Assembly: GCA_963716725.1 (NCBI GenBank)
Contig: CAVQUB010000015.1
Coordinates: 288,001 to 352,000 of the forward strand
Length of the DNA: 64,000 bases
From: an uncultured delta proteobacterium
Lineage (GTDB): Bacteria; Myxococcota_A; Polyangia; Polyangiales; Polyangiaceae
Direction of reading: 5' to 3'
Shown one piece after another: positions 31,287 to 41,459 of the stretch. The first letter of the stretch is position 1. Every line of letters starts with the position of its first letter. Below the pieces are notes generated by a model. The model was not told the origin of the DNA. It saw nothing but the letters and a program-made list of their open reading frames with translations, and searched no databases. The position numbers and the translations under genes are program-made.

Positions 31287-32606
31287 ATGCAGCTCATCGT
31301 CACCCACGACATGACGGACTTCGACGCTTTGGCCGCGGCGGTGGCCGCGCAGAAGCTCCATCCGGGCGCCGCGATCGCGCTGGGGCGTCGCGTGGGCAAA
31401 GAGGTGCGCGGGTACCTGGCGCTGCACAAGGACCGGTTCGTGACCTTGCTGCACTCCGAGATCGATCCGGAGCTGGTGCGCCACCTGATCGTCGTGGACG
31501 TGCGGCGCAAGAGCCGGCTCAGGGATTTTGCCCGACTGGTCGAGCGCGCGGAGCTCGGCGAGGTCGAGGTCACCGTCTACGATCACCATCCCGCCGACGA
31601 CGACGATCTGCGCGCTGACCGGGCGGTGATCGAGGCGGTCGGCTCGGCCACGACCCTGCTGGTGGAGCAGATGGACGCCGAAGACGTCGTCGTGGACGAG
31701 GTCGAGGCCACGCTGCTGGCGCTGGGCATCCACGCGGACACGGGCTCGCTCAACTATGCGGGCACCACCGCGCGCGACGCCCGTGCGCTCGGGTGGCTGC
31801 TCGACCAAGGCGCGAGCTTGGCGGTGATGAGCCGCTACCTCGAGCCGGCTTTCACCGGGGCCCAGCGAGCGCTCTTGGTGGAGCTGCTTGGCGCCATCGA
31901 GGTCGAGCACGTGGGCCACCTCGACGTCGCGTTTGTGCACAGGACCATGCCGCGGGCGGTGGAGGGCTTCGCCGAGGTGATCACCGAGATCGCGGAGCTG
32001 ACCGGGCACGCCGCCGTGTTCGCCGTGTTTGGCATCGCAGGCAAGCGCGTCCAGGTGGTCGCACGATCGCGCTCCCCGTTGGTCGACGTCGGTGCGTTGG
32101 TCTCGGCGGTCGGGGGTGGGGGACACCACGGCGCGGCGTCGGGGGCGCTCAAGCGCGAGGACTCGTTGGTCGTGATGGCGGAGCTGCAGGCGGCGGTTCG
32201 AGCGAACCCGCCGCAGGCAAGGCGCGTCTCAGATCTGATGTCGAGCCCCGTTCGAACGGTGTCGTCGACGACAACCCTGCGGGAGCTTGCGCGCTCGTTG
32301 ACCAGCTGGCGACACACCGGCGTGCCGGTCATGAAGGACGGCCAGATCGTGGGCATCGTCTCGCGTCGCGACATCGCGAAGGCCACGCGCAACGACAGCC
32401 TGTCGCTCCCGGTCTCGGGGGTGATGACGCACAAGGTCCATACGGTCGACTCCGAAGAGGCGCCGGAGCGCGCGCTCTCCCTGATGCAGAGTCAGGACGT
32501 CGGCCGGTTGCCCGTGCTCCGCGATGGCCGTCTCGTCGGCATCGTCACGCGCTCCGATCTGCGGCGCATGCTCTACGGAGAGAGCTCCCGGCCCCGCCAG
32601 GATTGA
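31287..32606 (+). CDS. DHH/DHHA1 phosphoesterase with C-terminal CBS pair
   Basis: TH..TDFDA, YDHH, GIHADTG and GGGGHHGAAS, then two CBS domains. Confidence 0.85.
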   Translation: MQLIVTHDMTDFDALAAAVAAQKLHPGAAIALGRRVGKEVRGYLALHKDRFVTLLHSEIDPELVRHLIVVDVRRKSRLRDFARLVERAELGEVEVTVYDHHPADDDDLRADRAVIEAVGSATTLLVEQMDAEDVVVDEVEATLLALGIHADTGSLNYAGTTARDARALGWLLDQGASLAVMSRYLEPAFTGAQRALLVELLGAIEVEHVGHLDVAFVHRTMPRAVEGFAEVITEIAELTGHAAVFAVFGIAGKRVQVVARSRSPLVDVGALVSAVGGGGHHGAASGALKREDSLVVMAELQAAVRANPPQARRVSDLMSSPVRTVSSTTTLRELARSLTSWRHTGVPVMKDGQIVGIVSRRDIAKATRNDSLSLPVSGVMTHKVHTVDSEEAPERALSLMQSQDVGRLPVLRDGRLVGIVTRSDLRRMLYGESSRPRQD

Positions 32607-32649
32607 GGGCCGCTGTCGCCGATCGCGGAACTGCCCTATCCTAGCCCGG

Positions 32650-33555
32650 GTGACCACGCCATCCGATCTCCCGCCGTCTCGCCGGGCGCCGCAGTCCCTC
32701 GCCAGCATGCAGGTCGACGTGACCACGCGAATGGGCGCGCTGCATCCGGCGACGGCCACGGGCTTGCCCATCCTCGATCGCATGCTGGCCGGGGGGCTCC
32801 GCCGGGGCGCGCTGATCTCGGTGGCCGGAGCCCCGGGAGTGGGCAAGACGGCCTTCGGTCTCCTGATCGCGTACATGGCCGCCCGCGCCCGCGCCGGGAC
32901 GGTGTTCGTGAGCCCGGTGCTCGACGAAACGGAGCTGGTGGCTCGCCTCGCGGCCAGGGCGCTGCACCGCGAACATCCGGACAGCCGGGTGAGCTACGGC
33001 GCGCTGTGGACCGGACAGGCGTGGCAGGACGAGGCGACCCACGCCGCAGTGAGCGCCGCCGTCGACACCGTGGTCAAGAAGGTCGGCAGCATGTTTCACG
33101 TCCACAAATGCGAGCCCTTCGAGTCCACGGAGAGCATCAAAGCAGCCGTGGCCCACCTCTGGGGTCGTCACGAGCGCGTCGTCCTCGTGGTCGACGGCAT
33201 CGAGTCCTTGAGCGCGTCGACGGGTGGCGATCCGGCTCGAGCCGCGACGGCAAACTCCGGGATCGAGAGCCGCGTCAGCCAAGTGGCGCTCGAGCTGCGC
33301 CGTATTGCCGAGGGCGGATGTGCCGTGGTGGTCAGCGCGCAGGCGTGTCACGCGGATCTGGTAGCTCCCGCCGCGACCGTGAGCGCGGAGCTTCGAAACG
33401 TCGAGGGCTCCCCCTCGCCGCTGACCGAGCGGCAGCTCGCCCTCGGTGCACGACCGGTGGAGCTGGTGATCCGCAAGAATCACGTCGGGCCCACGGGCAT
33501 CGTTCCCTTGCGTTTCATCGCGGGCGCGGCGACCTTCGAAGAGCGCGCGCCGTGA
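32650..33555 (+). CDS. Stand-alone DnaB-C/RecA-like P-loop ATPase
   Basis: TGLPILDRMLAGGLRRG, GAPGVGKT, VLVVDG and VELVIRKNHVGPTG. Confidence 0.75.
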   Translation: MTTPSDLPPSRRAPQSLASMQVDVTTRMGALHPATATGLPILDRMLAGGLRRGALISVAGAPGVGKTAFGLLIAYMAARARAGTVFVSPVLDETELVARLAARALHREHPDSRVSYGALWTGQAWQDEATHAAVSAAVDTVVKKVGSMFHVHKCEPFESTESIKAAVAHLWGRHERVVLVVDGIESLSASTGGDPARAATANSGIESRVSQVALELRRIAEGGCAVVVSAQACHADLVAPAATVSAELRNVEGSPSPLTERQLALGARPVELVIRKNHVGPTGIVPLRFIAGAATFEERAP

Positions 33556-34067
33556 GCCGGCGGCTGCGCGTGCAGCTGATCCACGGCCTGGAGGGCAGCC
33601 CCACCGGCGCCAAGGCCCAGGTCCTCGCGCGGCACTTCGAGCTCTCGGCCCCGGCCATGGACACGGGCGACTTCGAGGGCGCCTTGAGCACCCAGTCGGA
33701 GGCGATCACGGCCTTCAGGCCCGACGTGCTGGTCGGCTCATCCTTCGGGGGTGCCGTCGCGCTGGCCCTCCTGCAGCGGGGCCTTTGGCGAGGGCCCACC
33801 CTGCTCTTGGCCCCCGCACAGGCGCACTTCGGCGTCGAGTCGAGCGTCCCCGAGGGCCTCCGGATCACCGTCGTGCACGGCACCCGCGACGACATCTGCC
33901 CCCTCGAGCACAGCCGTGCGCTGGCCCGGAGCGCGTCCGTCGAACTGATCGAGGTGGACGACGATCACCGGCTCAGCTCGCTGCTCGAAGGCGACGCGAT
34001 CGCAGATTTGGTGCGAGGGCTGGAGCGGGCGGCGATCGCGGCTAGACTCCCGGCGAGGCTTCGATGA
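33552..34067 (+). CDS. Small alpha/beta hydrolase (YqiA-like)
   Basis: IHGLEGSP, GSSFGG, VHGTRDD and DDDH; GTGA overlap with the upstream gene. Confidence 0.85.
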   Translation: MSRRLRVQLIHGLEGSPTGAKAQVLARHFELSAPAMDTGDFEGALSTQSEAITAFRPDVLVGSSFGGAVALALLQRGLWRGPTLLLAPAQAHFGVESSVPEGLRITVVHGTRDDICPLEHSRALARSASVELIEVDDDHRLSSLLEGDAIADLVRGLERAAIAARLPARLR

Positions 34068-35185
34068 AACGCGCTTTCCGTTTGCTCGCCGTGTTTGCCG
34101 TCGGTGCTGCCATGAGCTTTGCCTGTGGGTCCGAGGCGGACGACGCACCCGGCTCCGGAGGTGATGGCGGCAGCGGTGGCAGCGGCGGGCTCAACGTCGG
34201 TGGCGGAACCGGCGGCAGCGGCGGCACAGTGCTCGACACCGGGCTCAACGACGCCCTCGATCCGGACGGTGGCTGCTTCTACACCAAGGAAGTGGGCAAG
34301 AACACGCCGCTCCAACTGTTCATCGCCCTCGACAAGTCCAGCAGCATGCTGGGCTTCAAGTGGGACGCCGCCAAGGCCGGCCTCATCTCCTTCGTCAAGA
34401 ACCCGACCTCGGCGGGCATCCACGTTGGCCTGAAGTTCTTTCCGCGAGCGGGCGACGGCACGCCGGTCTGCGATCAGAAGCCGTACTCGACGCCGGACAC
34501 GCCCTTCGCGCTCCTGCCGGGCAACGCCGCGGCCATCGAGGCCGCGATCAACGCCGCCGCTCCGGATGGGCTGAGCACGCCCACCTATCCCGCGCTCGGA
34601 GGCGCGATCCTGAAGGGCATCGAGATCGGCAAGAACAACCCCGGGCACACCGCGGCGGTGCTCTTGGTGACCGACGGCGCGCCGGCCGGCCCGGCCCCTC
34701 TTTGCCAGGGCGTCGACCCGACCTCCACCGCAGAGATCGCCAAGCTCGCTGCGAGCGGCCTCTCGTTCTCGGTGCTCACCTTCGTGATCGGCTTGCCCGG
34801 CGTCGATCAGGCTTTTGCCAACGCCGTCGCCAAGGCCGGCGGCAGCAATAGCGCCATCCTGGTCTCGAACACCAACGTGCAGAAGGAGTTCGAAGACGCG
34901 ATGGGCAAGGTGAGGGGAGAAGCGCTGCCCTGTGAGTACGAAATCCCCGAGAAGGTCCAGAAGGGTGAGATCTCGTACAACCTGGTCAACGTGGCGCTCA
35001 CGCCCGGTGGCGGTGCGCTTCAGATCTTGAAACAGACCACGGACTGCAACGCCGGCGGCGATTGGATCTACAGCAACACCACGCCGAAGAAGATCCTGCT
35101 CTGCCCCAGCGTCTGCGCCGCGGTGAAGAAGGACTACTTGGCACAGATCGAGATCCAGATGGGCTGCGCCACGGTCATCAAGTGA
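34064..35185 (+). CDS. VWA-domain lipoprotein
   Basis: Lipobox FAC, Gly linker, MIDAS residues DKSSSM, TPT and LVTDG, and a Cys-containing C-terminal domain. Confidence 0.85.
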   Translation: MKRAFRLLAVFAVGAAMSFACGSEADDAPGSGGDGGSGGSGGLNVGGGTGGSGGTVLDTGLNDALDPDGGCFYTKEVGKNTPLQLFIALDKSSSMLGFKWDAAKAGLISFVKNPTSAGIHVGLKFFPRAGDGTPVCDQKPYSTPDTPFALLPGNAAAIEAAINAAAPDGLSTPTYPALGGAILKGIEIGKNNPGHTAAVLLVTDGAPAGPAPLCQGVDPTSTAEIAKLAASGLSFSVLTFVIGLPGVDQAFANAVAKAGGSNSAILVSNTNVQKEFEDAMGKVRGEALPCEYEIPEKVQKGEISYNLVNVALTPGGGALQILKQTTDCNAGGDWIYSNTTPKKILLCPSVCAAVKKDYLAQIEIQMGCATVIK

Positions 35186-35589
35186 GCGGCTACCGGCAGG
35201 CGCGCGACCCGCGCGAGATCGCCGCCGAGCTCCATCAAGAGGCACTAGAGGGGGAGGCCCGGGCGACGTCGAAGAAGCACGGCGCCGAGGCGGGGCTGCT
35301 GATCGCCCAGCACGAGCGCGAGATCGCGCTGACCACCCGCGGTTCCCGGGTGGAGATCCTCCGTCACCTCAGGGCGCTGGTGACCGCCGAAACGTCCCCT
35401 CGGCCCGAGCTCTCCCGCCAGATCGAGGCGCTCGAGAGCGAAATCGTAGCCGCGGACGCCGCCGTTGTCGTCGCCGAGGTGCGCATCGCCGAGGCCCAGG
35501 TCGAGCTCAAGCGGAGCCTTGAAGGACTGGGCGAGGCAATGCGCGTGGTCCGAGAGCGCAAGGAAGAGCTGCAGCGAAGCCTGCGCTGA
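35182..35589 (+). CDS. Small coiled-coil hypothetical protein
   Basis: GTGA overlap with the VWA gene; E/R/A/L-rich heptads. Confidence 0.55.
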   Translation: MSGYRQARDPREIAAELHQEALEGEARATSKKHGAEAGLLIAQHEREIALTTRGSRVEILRHLRALVTAETSPRPELSRQIEALESEIVAADAAVVVAEVRIAEAQVELKRSLEGLGEAMRVVRERKEELQRSLR

Positions 35590-35614
35590 GCGCGAAGTGC
35601 GCGCGGCGCCGTCT

Positions 35615-38600
35615 CTAGCCGCGCCGGCGTCGGCGGGATGCCGCGAGCAGGCCGGCCAGGCCCAGCGCGATCCAGCTGCCCCGAGGCGTTGGCGCGCTCG
35701 AGGCCGCGCGGCAGTCGCAACCGCCGGCGGGGTACACGGGCACGGGCTTGGCTTTCGGTGTGATGCTCAAGCTGGACGTGGTGCTGTTGTTAGCGGTGGT
35801 GGTCTCGCAGTCGAGATCGCTCGAGAGCTGAGCGGTCACGGCGAGGGTCTGCGAGTCGGTGCCCGCCCGCACGGTCGCGGTCACGGTCACGGTGCTGCCC
35901 GGGGCCATCTCGCCGAGCGCGCAGTCCAGCTCGCCCTTGCCGTCGCACTTGCCTTGGCTGGCGGCGGCGCTCACGACGGAGCCGCCCGTGGCGCTGCCAG
36001 TCAGCTTCACCGATTCGACGCTGAAGGGACCGGAGTTCGCGACGGTGAAATGCAGGTCGGTGGTCGCGCCGGCGGCGACGCTGCTCTCCCACGCGACGCC
36101 CAGGCCCAAGTCGCCCGAGACGCTCGGCGCGAGGCTCACGACCTCGAAGCGTGAGCCGGCGACGTTGGTGTGGTGCAAGAGCAAGAGATCGAGCGGAAAG
36201 CTGCCGGTTCGCCCTTCTTCCGACACGCCCACCAAGATCGGGCCCGGACCGACGAAGAGCGGCAGGCCGTCCGTGCCGTATTTCGCCGTGTCGAGCAGGG
36301 GTTTGCCGGCGTCGAAGCGCGCCCAGGCGGTCGCTTCGCCCAGGGTGAGATCCTTCGGATCCTCGATGACCGCGGAATAGGAGAGCACGGGGCTGTCCGC
36401 CGACACTCCCAAATCGCTCAAGAGCGCGGTGAAAACCAGCACCGAGTTGTTGAACACGTGGGTCTGGGCCACGTCGGGGGTCACCAGATTGAGCGGGAGG
36501 CGCCGAATGCGTTGCTCGCTGCCCTTGGCGTAGGTGGAGGAGGCCAGCGCATCCCGGAAGAAGAAGCTCTTGTTCCGGGCTTCGGCCCGGATCTCGAAGT
36601 CGGCGTTGCCATCGTCGTCGGAGTCGACGTTGATGCTCACCACACTCAGGGGTCCGCGGGCGGGCGTGGTCCAATCGCCGCTGACGGCCACCGCGAAGAA
36701 GATCTGCGCCTCGTCGAACGACGCCGCCGTGGCTAGATCCGTCGCCGCGCCGATGGCACGCAGATCCACCATGGCGACGGTGGGATTGGTGGCTGACTCG
36801 GCTCGTTCGTCGTCGAGGGCGCCGAGCTGGAAGGCCGTCACCACGGGTTCGGGGTGTGCCGAGTCGCCGTCGAGCGCGACCTTCACGGTGGACTCCACGC
36901 CGGGGCCGCAGTTCTTGGGTGCAATGCCTCGGCGGTTGGCCCCGGCTCGCACGCTGCCCTGATAGGGCACGAGCACGTCCTGGCCGCCACCCCCGCTGTG
37001 AACGAAGCGAACGTTGCCGCTGGCCTCGTTCAAATAGTGCCGAGCTTGCTGGCTGACGATGGCCGCGGTGCCAGGGTCGGGGCCGGGGCTGCCGAGCGCG
37101 AGCGAATCCAAGCTCAGCGCCACGGTGACGGTCGCGCTCTGTCCCGCCGCGACTTTCACCGAGGTCGGTGCGACGCTGACCGTGACGCCGGGCAGGGTGT
37201 GCGTGGGAAGGACCGTGGCGTCGAGCACGGCCTCGCTGGTGGCGTGATTGGTGAGCGTGATGCTGCGCTCGACCGTGGTCTTGGTGTCGCTCACCACCGA
37301 GCCGAAGGCCACGCCGATCTCGCCGCCGGCGACGTCGGCGCCGGCCGTTATGAGCTGCTCGACGGCACGCTCCACGGCGACTCGTCCGCTGCCCACGATG
37401 GACGTCTGGTAGCGCTGTGACGTCAGATCCTCGAGGGGCTCCGTGCTGTTCATCAGCGCCGCCTTGACCTCCATGGGCGAGAAGGCCGGTCGCGCTTGCC
37501 GCACCAGCGCCGCGGCTCCCGCCACCACCGGCGACGCCTGGCTCGTGCCCTGGGAACGACGCGGCTCGTTGCCGGAGCCGACGCGAGCCGAGTCGATGGA
37601 GAAGCCCGGCGCGGCGATCTCGGGCTTGAGCCGCCCGTCGTCGGAGCTGGGGCCCCGGGAGCTGAAGCCGGCCAGCAGCTCGGCGCCGACCCCGGTGTAC
37701 GGGTCGCTCGGATCGAGGCCCGCCGTGAGGCTTCCCTGCGCCAGGGCTTGCTTGACCTTTCCCCCGTCGACCAGGCGGATCATCACGCCGGGGATGGGGA
37801 CAGATCCGGGATCGCCACCGCCCATGGCGAAGGGCAGGGGCTCGTCCTCGTCGTCCACGATCACCACGGCCGCGGCCCCTGCGGTCGCGGCGTTGTTGAA
37901 CTTCTGGATGAACGAGCACACTCCGCGGTCGATGAGCGCGATCTTGCCGCTGATGGCGGCGGCGTTGGAAAGCGCCGAACACCCATTGGCCGGCACACTC
38001 GCGATCAGCGGACCGCTGATGGGTCCCGTGTCGACCAAGCGCTTGCTGAATCCGCCCTCTGCGGCGGCGTATTTTTCGGTGCCCGCGGTCGACGTGACGC
38101 TGAGGGCCAAGAACTCGTTGTCGGCGCTGGCGGCGACGGCGAGCGATTGGGGGACCGAGGCCGGCGACGCGACCACGAAGAAGGTCTGACCGTCGTTGCC
38201 CGCGGCGGTGACCAAGAGCGTGCCGACCTTGGTGAGGTTCTCGACCATCGTGGTGGTGACCGGTGAGTTGAGGGCGTAGCCGGTGCCGAGGGAGCCGTTG
38301 ACCACATCGAGGCGATCCGCGAAGTTGCCGTCCTGGTTCGGATCCGAGGCGCGTTCGAGGGCGGCCGCGAGCATGCTGGTCGACCCATCGCAGCCGAAGA
38401 TCCGCAGCGACCACAGCCTGGATTTCGGCGCGACCCCGGGCGCGATGCGGAACGCGGTGGGCACGAAGCTCACCGAGTAGGGGCCGAGGTAGGCGCTGCC
38501 GTCCTGCTTGACGCCATTTCCGCCTGCGATGCCCGCCACATGAGTGCCGTGGCCCCCGGCGACCGCCGTGCTCTCGGGCTTGGTGCAGTCGAGCGGATCG

Positions 38601-39289
38601 GGATCCGGGCTCGGCACGTTCACGTTTGCGGTCGGGTTGTAGTCGTCGCCCACGAAGTCCCAGCCGCCGACCACCCGAGCGGTGGGGAAGCTGCCCGCTT
38701 CGATGATCTTGGAGTTGTTGCTGGTGTAGGCCGCGACCGTGCCGGGACCGCCGAAGTCCGCGTGCGTGTAGTCGATGCCCGAGTCGATGACGCCGATGGT
38801 GACGCCGTCCCCATCGAGCGGCGTGCTCTTGGCCCAGACCTCGGGCGCTCCGACCACCGGCAGCAGCGAGGCTAGCTGCGGGTACAGCAGCGGGACCTCT
38901 TCCACGCGCGCGACGCCCGGCAAGCGACGGAGCCGCTCCACTTGGGGCCGAGTCGCGACGACTTGGATCACGTTGGCGAGGCGGCTCAGCTCTGCGATGA
39001 CGACGGCGCCCTGCTCTTCCAGGGCGGGGCGCAGCGCGGCGTGCTCGGTGTCGATCTCGCGCAGTCGGCTCTGTGCCGCCGCCGCCGCCTGAGCCGAGCG
39101 AGGATCGACGCCGTCGGGGATCCGGCTGACCGCCGCCGGGCCTTCGAGCACGACGAAGTACGACGCGAGGGGCCCGGAGGTGCTGACCGCAGCACCGCTC
39201 CGCGCGAGCGGTTCGGGCGGATTCGACGCGGCGCAGGCCGCGATGAGAAGACCGGCGCCGAGGGGGAGGGCAGTCCAGGGTCCACGCAT
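35615..39289 (-). CDS. S8 subtilisin-like protease (prodomain, PA domain, DUF11-like Ig domain, MYXO-CTERM)
   Basis: VIDSGID, HGTHVAG, AAGN, GTSQASPVVAG, ALIDRGVCSF and a GGCDC...RRRRR tail. Confidence 0.92.
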   Translation of the reverse strand: MRGPWTALPLGAGLLIAACAASNPPEPLARSGAAVSTSGPLASYFVVLEGPAAVSRIPDGVDPRSAQAAAAAQSRLREIDTEHAALRPALEEQGAVVIAELSRLANVIQVVATRPQVERLRRLPGVARVEEVPLLYPQLASLLPVVGAPEVWAKSTPLDGDGVTIGVIDSGIDYTHADFGGPGTVAAYTSNNSKIIEAGSFPTARVVGGWDFVGDDYNPTANVNVPSPDPDPLDCTKPESTAVAGGHGTHVAGIAGGNGVKQDGSAYLGPYSVSFVPTAFRIAPGVAPKSRLWSLRIFGCDGSTSMLAAALERASDPNQDGNFADRLDVVNGSLGTGYALNSPVTTTMVENLTKVGTLLVTAAGNDGQTFFVVASPASVPQSLAVAASADNEFLALSVTSTAGTEKYAAAEGGFSKRLVDTGPISGPLIASVPANGCSALSNAAAISGKIALIDRGVCSFIQKFNNAATAGAAAVVIVDDEDEPLPFAMGGGDPGSVPIPGVMIRLVDGGKVKQALAQGSLTAGLDPSDPYTGVGAELLAGFSSRGPSSDDGRLKPEIAAPGFSIDSARVGSGNEPRRSQGTSQASPVVAGAAALVRQARPAFSPMEVKAALMNSTEPLEDLTSQRYQTSIVGSGRVAVERAVEQLITAGADVAGGEIGVAFGSVVSDTKTTVERSITLTNHATSEAVLDATVLPTHTLPGVTVSVAPTSVKVAAGQSATVTVALSLDSLALGSPGPDPGTAAIVSQQARHYLNEASGNVRFVHSGGGGQDVLVPYQGSVRAGANRRGIAPKNCGPGVESTVKVALDGDSAHPEPVVTAFQLGALDDERAESATNPTVAMVDLRAIGAATDLATAASFDEAQIFFAVAVSGDWTTPARGPLSVVSINVDSDDDGNADFEIRAEARNKSFFFRDALASSTYAKGSEQRIRRLPLNLVTPDVAQTHVFNNSVLVFTALLSDLGVSADSPVLSYSAVIEDPKDLTLGEATAWARFDAGKPLLDTAKYGTDGLPLFVGPGPILVGVSEEGRTGSFPLDLLLLHHTNVAGSRFEVVSLAPSVSGDLGLGVAWESSVAAGATTDLHFTVANSGPFSVESVKLTGSATGGSVVSAAASQGKCDGKGELDCALGEMAPGSTVTVTATVRAGTDSQTLAVTAQLSSDLDCETTTANNSTTSSLSITPKAKPVPVYPAGGCDCRAASSAPTPRGSWIALGLAGLLAASRRRRRG

Positions 39290-39378
39290 GACCGGGCGGG
39301 TATATGCCGAGTCGCTTGCCGGCGCGAGCCGTGATGCGTTGACGGAGGTCCGGGACCGAGGAACGCTCCGTACCCGGC

Positions 39379-40620
39379 ATGGCCGAGCGCTGGATCCTGC
39401 ACGCCGACATGGATGCGTTCTTCGCCTCCATCGAGCAGCGGGATCGGCCTGAGCTCCGAGGAAAGCCGGTCATCGTCGGCGCAACCAGCCCCCGGGGCGT
39501 GGTGGCCGCGGCCTCCTACGAGGCCCGGATCTTCGGGGTCCGGTCGGCGATGCCGGGCTTCCGCGCGCGGGAGCTGTGCCCCGACGGGATCTTCGTCGCC
39601 AGCGACATCGAAAAGTACGCAGGCGTCAGCGCCGAGGTGCACGCGGTGTTCGCCGAGGTCACGCCGGAGATCGAGCCCGTCGCGCTGGATGAGGCCTTCT
39701 TGGAGATCACGGGCTCGGTGGGGCTGTTCGGTGGTCCGGTCGAGCTCGCGCGGTTCTTGAAGCGTCGCGTGCGCGAGGCGGTGGACCTGCCCATCAGCGT
39801 GGGCCTCGGGCCCACCAAACAGGTCGCCAAGATCGCGTGCACCCTGGGCAAGCCCGACGGGCTCTTGTTGGTCCCGCCCGAGGCCGTGCGGTGGATGCTC
39901 GATCCGCTCTCGGTGCGGCGCATCTGGGGTATCGGTCCAGTGCTCGGCGATAAGCTCGAACGCTTCGGCATCCGGACCATCGCCCAGCTCGCCGCCTTCG
40001 ACCCGCGCACGCTCGAGCGTGAGCTGGGTGCGCGGGGCCAGGAGCTCCAGGCTCTGGCCCGGGGCGAGGATCCGCGGGCCGTGGTCAGCGAGCGCGATCC
40101 CAAGAGTTACGGTGAGGAGAACACCTTCGAGCGCGACGTGCTCGACCGCGAGATCGTGAGCGCCGCGCTCACCTCGCACGCCGAGGCCGTCGCTCGACGC
40201 CTGCGTCACGACGGCTTCCGCGGGCGCGTGGTCACGCTGAAGGTCAAGCTGGGCACACGCAGCGGACTGCGCGCGCCGCGGGTCGCGGGACAAGACGCGG
40301 AGCCCGTCTATCCGCTGCTCACGCGCCGGAAAAGCCTGTTGGACCCCACCGACGACGGAGCATCGATTCGGCGGACCGCCCTCGAGCTGTGGGACGCGCT
40401 CGCTCTCGACGAGCCCGTGCGGCTCCTCGGCGTGTCACTCTCGGGCCTCGAGGCGACGGACCGAGCGCAGCTCGATCTGTTCGCGTCGCCTCGCGCGCCC
40501 GACCGGCTCGGGCCCGCGCTCGACGCCATCCAGGAGCGGTTCGGGCGCGGCGCGATCCACCGGGCGGTGGACGATCCGGGCAAGATCACGCCGGGTATGC
40601 GTAAGAAGCGCGGGCAGTGA
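39379..40620 (+). CDS. dinB: DNA polymerase IV
   Basis: ILHADMDAFFASIE, AASYEAR.FGV.SAMP, LDEAFL, KPDG and IWGIG. Confidence 0.95.
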   Translation: MAERWILHADMDAFFASIEQRDRPELRGKPVIVGATSPRGVVAAASYEARIFGVRSAMPGFRARELCPDGIFVASDIEKYAGVSAEVHAVFAEVTPEIEPVALDEAFLEITGSVGLFGGPVELARFLKRRVREAVDLPISVGLGPTKQVAKIACTLGKPDGLLLVPPEAVRWMLDPLSVRRIWGIGPVLGDKLERFGIRTIAQLAAFDPRTLERELGARGQELQALARGEDPRAVVSERDPKSYGEENTFERDVLDREIVSAALTSHAEAVARRLRHDGFRGRVVTLKVKLGTRSGLRAPRVAGQDAEPVYPLLTRRKSLLDPTDDGASIRRTALELWDALALDEPVRLLGVSLSGLEATDRAQLDLFASPRAPDRLGPALDAIQERFGRGAIHRAVDDPGKITPGMRKKRGQ

Positions 40621-40664
40621 GGCCCTCTTCGCTTCCGGCGCGCGAGCCGCTATGCTCCGCGCAA

Positions 40665-41440
40665 ATGCGCGCCGTTCGCTCCGTGTCGTTCATCGCAGTC
40701 GTCGGTCTGCTCCCAGCTTGCGCCACCCAGGGCGTGCTCTTCGACGGCCACGCCGAGCCGCGCATTGCGCGCCCGGCCGAGCTCGGGGAGGTCGAGACCC
40801 TGCCCGCCGGATACGACCGCATCGGTCGGCTCCGCGCGAGTTGCACCTTGGTCGAAGGCGCGCACCCCGGCGATGGCGCCAAGCTCGTCGATGTCGACTG
40901 CACCGAGAGCCGTCTGATGGCAGCGTTGCGCGAGCGCGCCGCCGAGGTGGGGGCCGAACTCTTGGTGGACCGCCGCTGCCAATCCCGGATCGCCTCGCAG
41001 AGTGACACGTCGAGCGAACTCGACATTTCGTGTGACGCGGATGTCGCGCGACCGAGCGGAGATTCGATGGCGCGGCGCCCCCTTGTCTCGGGGGTGATGG
41101 CCGACGACGCTGCGCCGCGTGCCCAGGAAGCCTGGGCCATCCGCGTGCACTTTGCCGCGGCGCAGGGCGTACCGCAGCGGCCTCCGCGGCGCGCGGACAT
41201 GGTGCGCGAGGTGCCCTACATGCCCGGCGCGAACCTGCGACTGGGGGACATCGTCACGCGCTGCAGAGAAGGCTGCACCAAGGACGGCGCCCGCCTGGGC
41301 CTGATGGCAGCAGCGGGTCGATTTGGCGCCTTCGACGTGGTGGACCTGAGCTGCGTTGCCAAGGGCAAGGGCTACCAGTGCAGTGGGGTTGCGACCGCTC
41401 CGGAGGTCAACCCCGAGCTCGAATCCCAGGGCGCGCTGAG
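40665..41440 (+). CDS. Cys-containing lipoprotein of unknown function; as assembled it reads through into the phosphatase gene
   Basis: Lipobox LPAC and two similar alpha/beta units. An out-of-frame TGA near 41437 would become its stop if one G were removed. Confidence 0.55.
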
Positions 41441-41459
41441 CCGAGACCGGGTGCCGTCG

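Noticed and set aside
22655..39473. Very long antisense or alternate-frame ORFs (for example 22655-26284, 35790-39473, and also 987-2699 and 5849-8044)
   Set aside because: They are shadow ORFs of well-supported genes caused by high GC3, with Arg/Ala/Pro-rich translations and no motifs.
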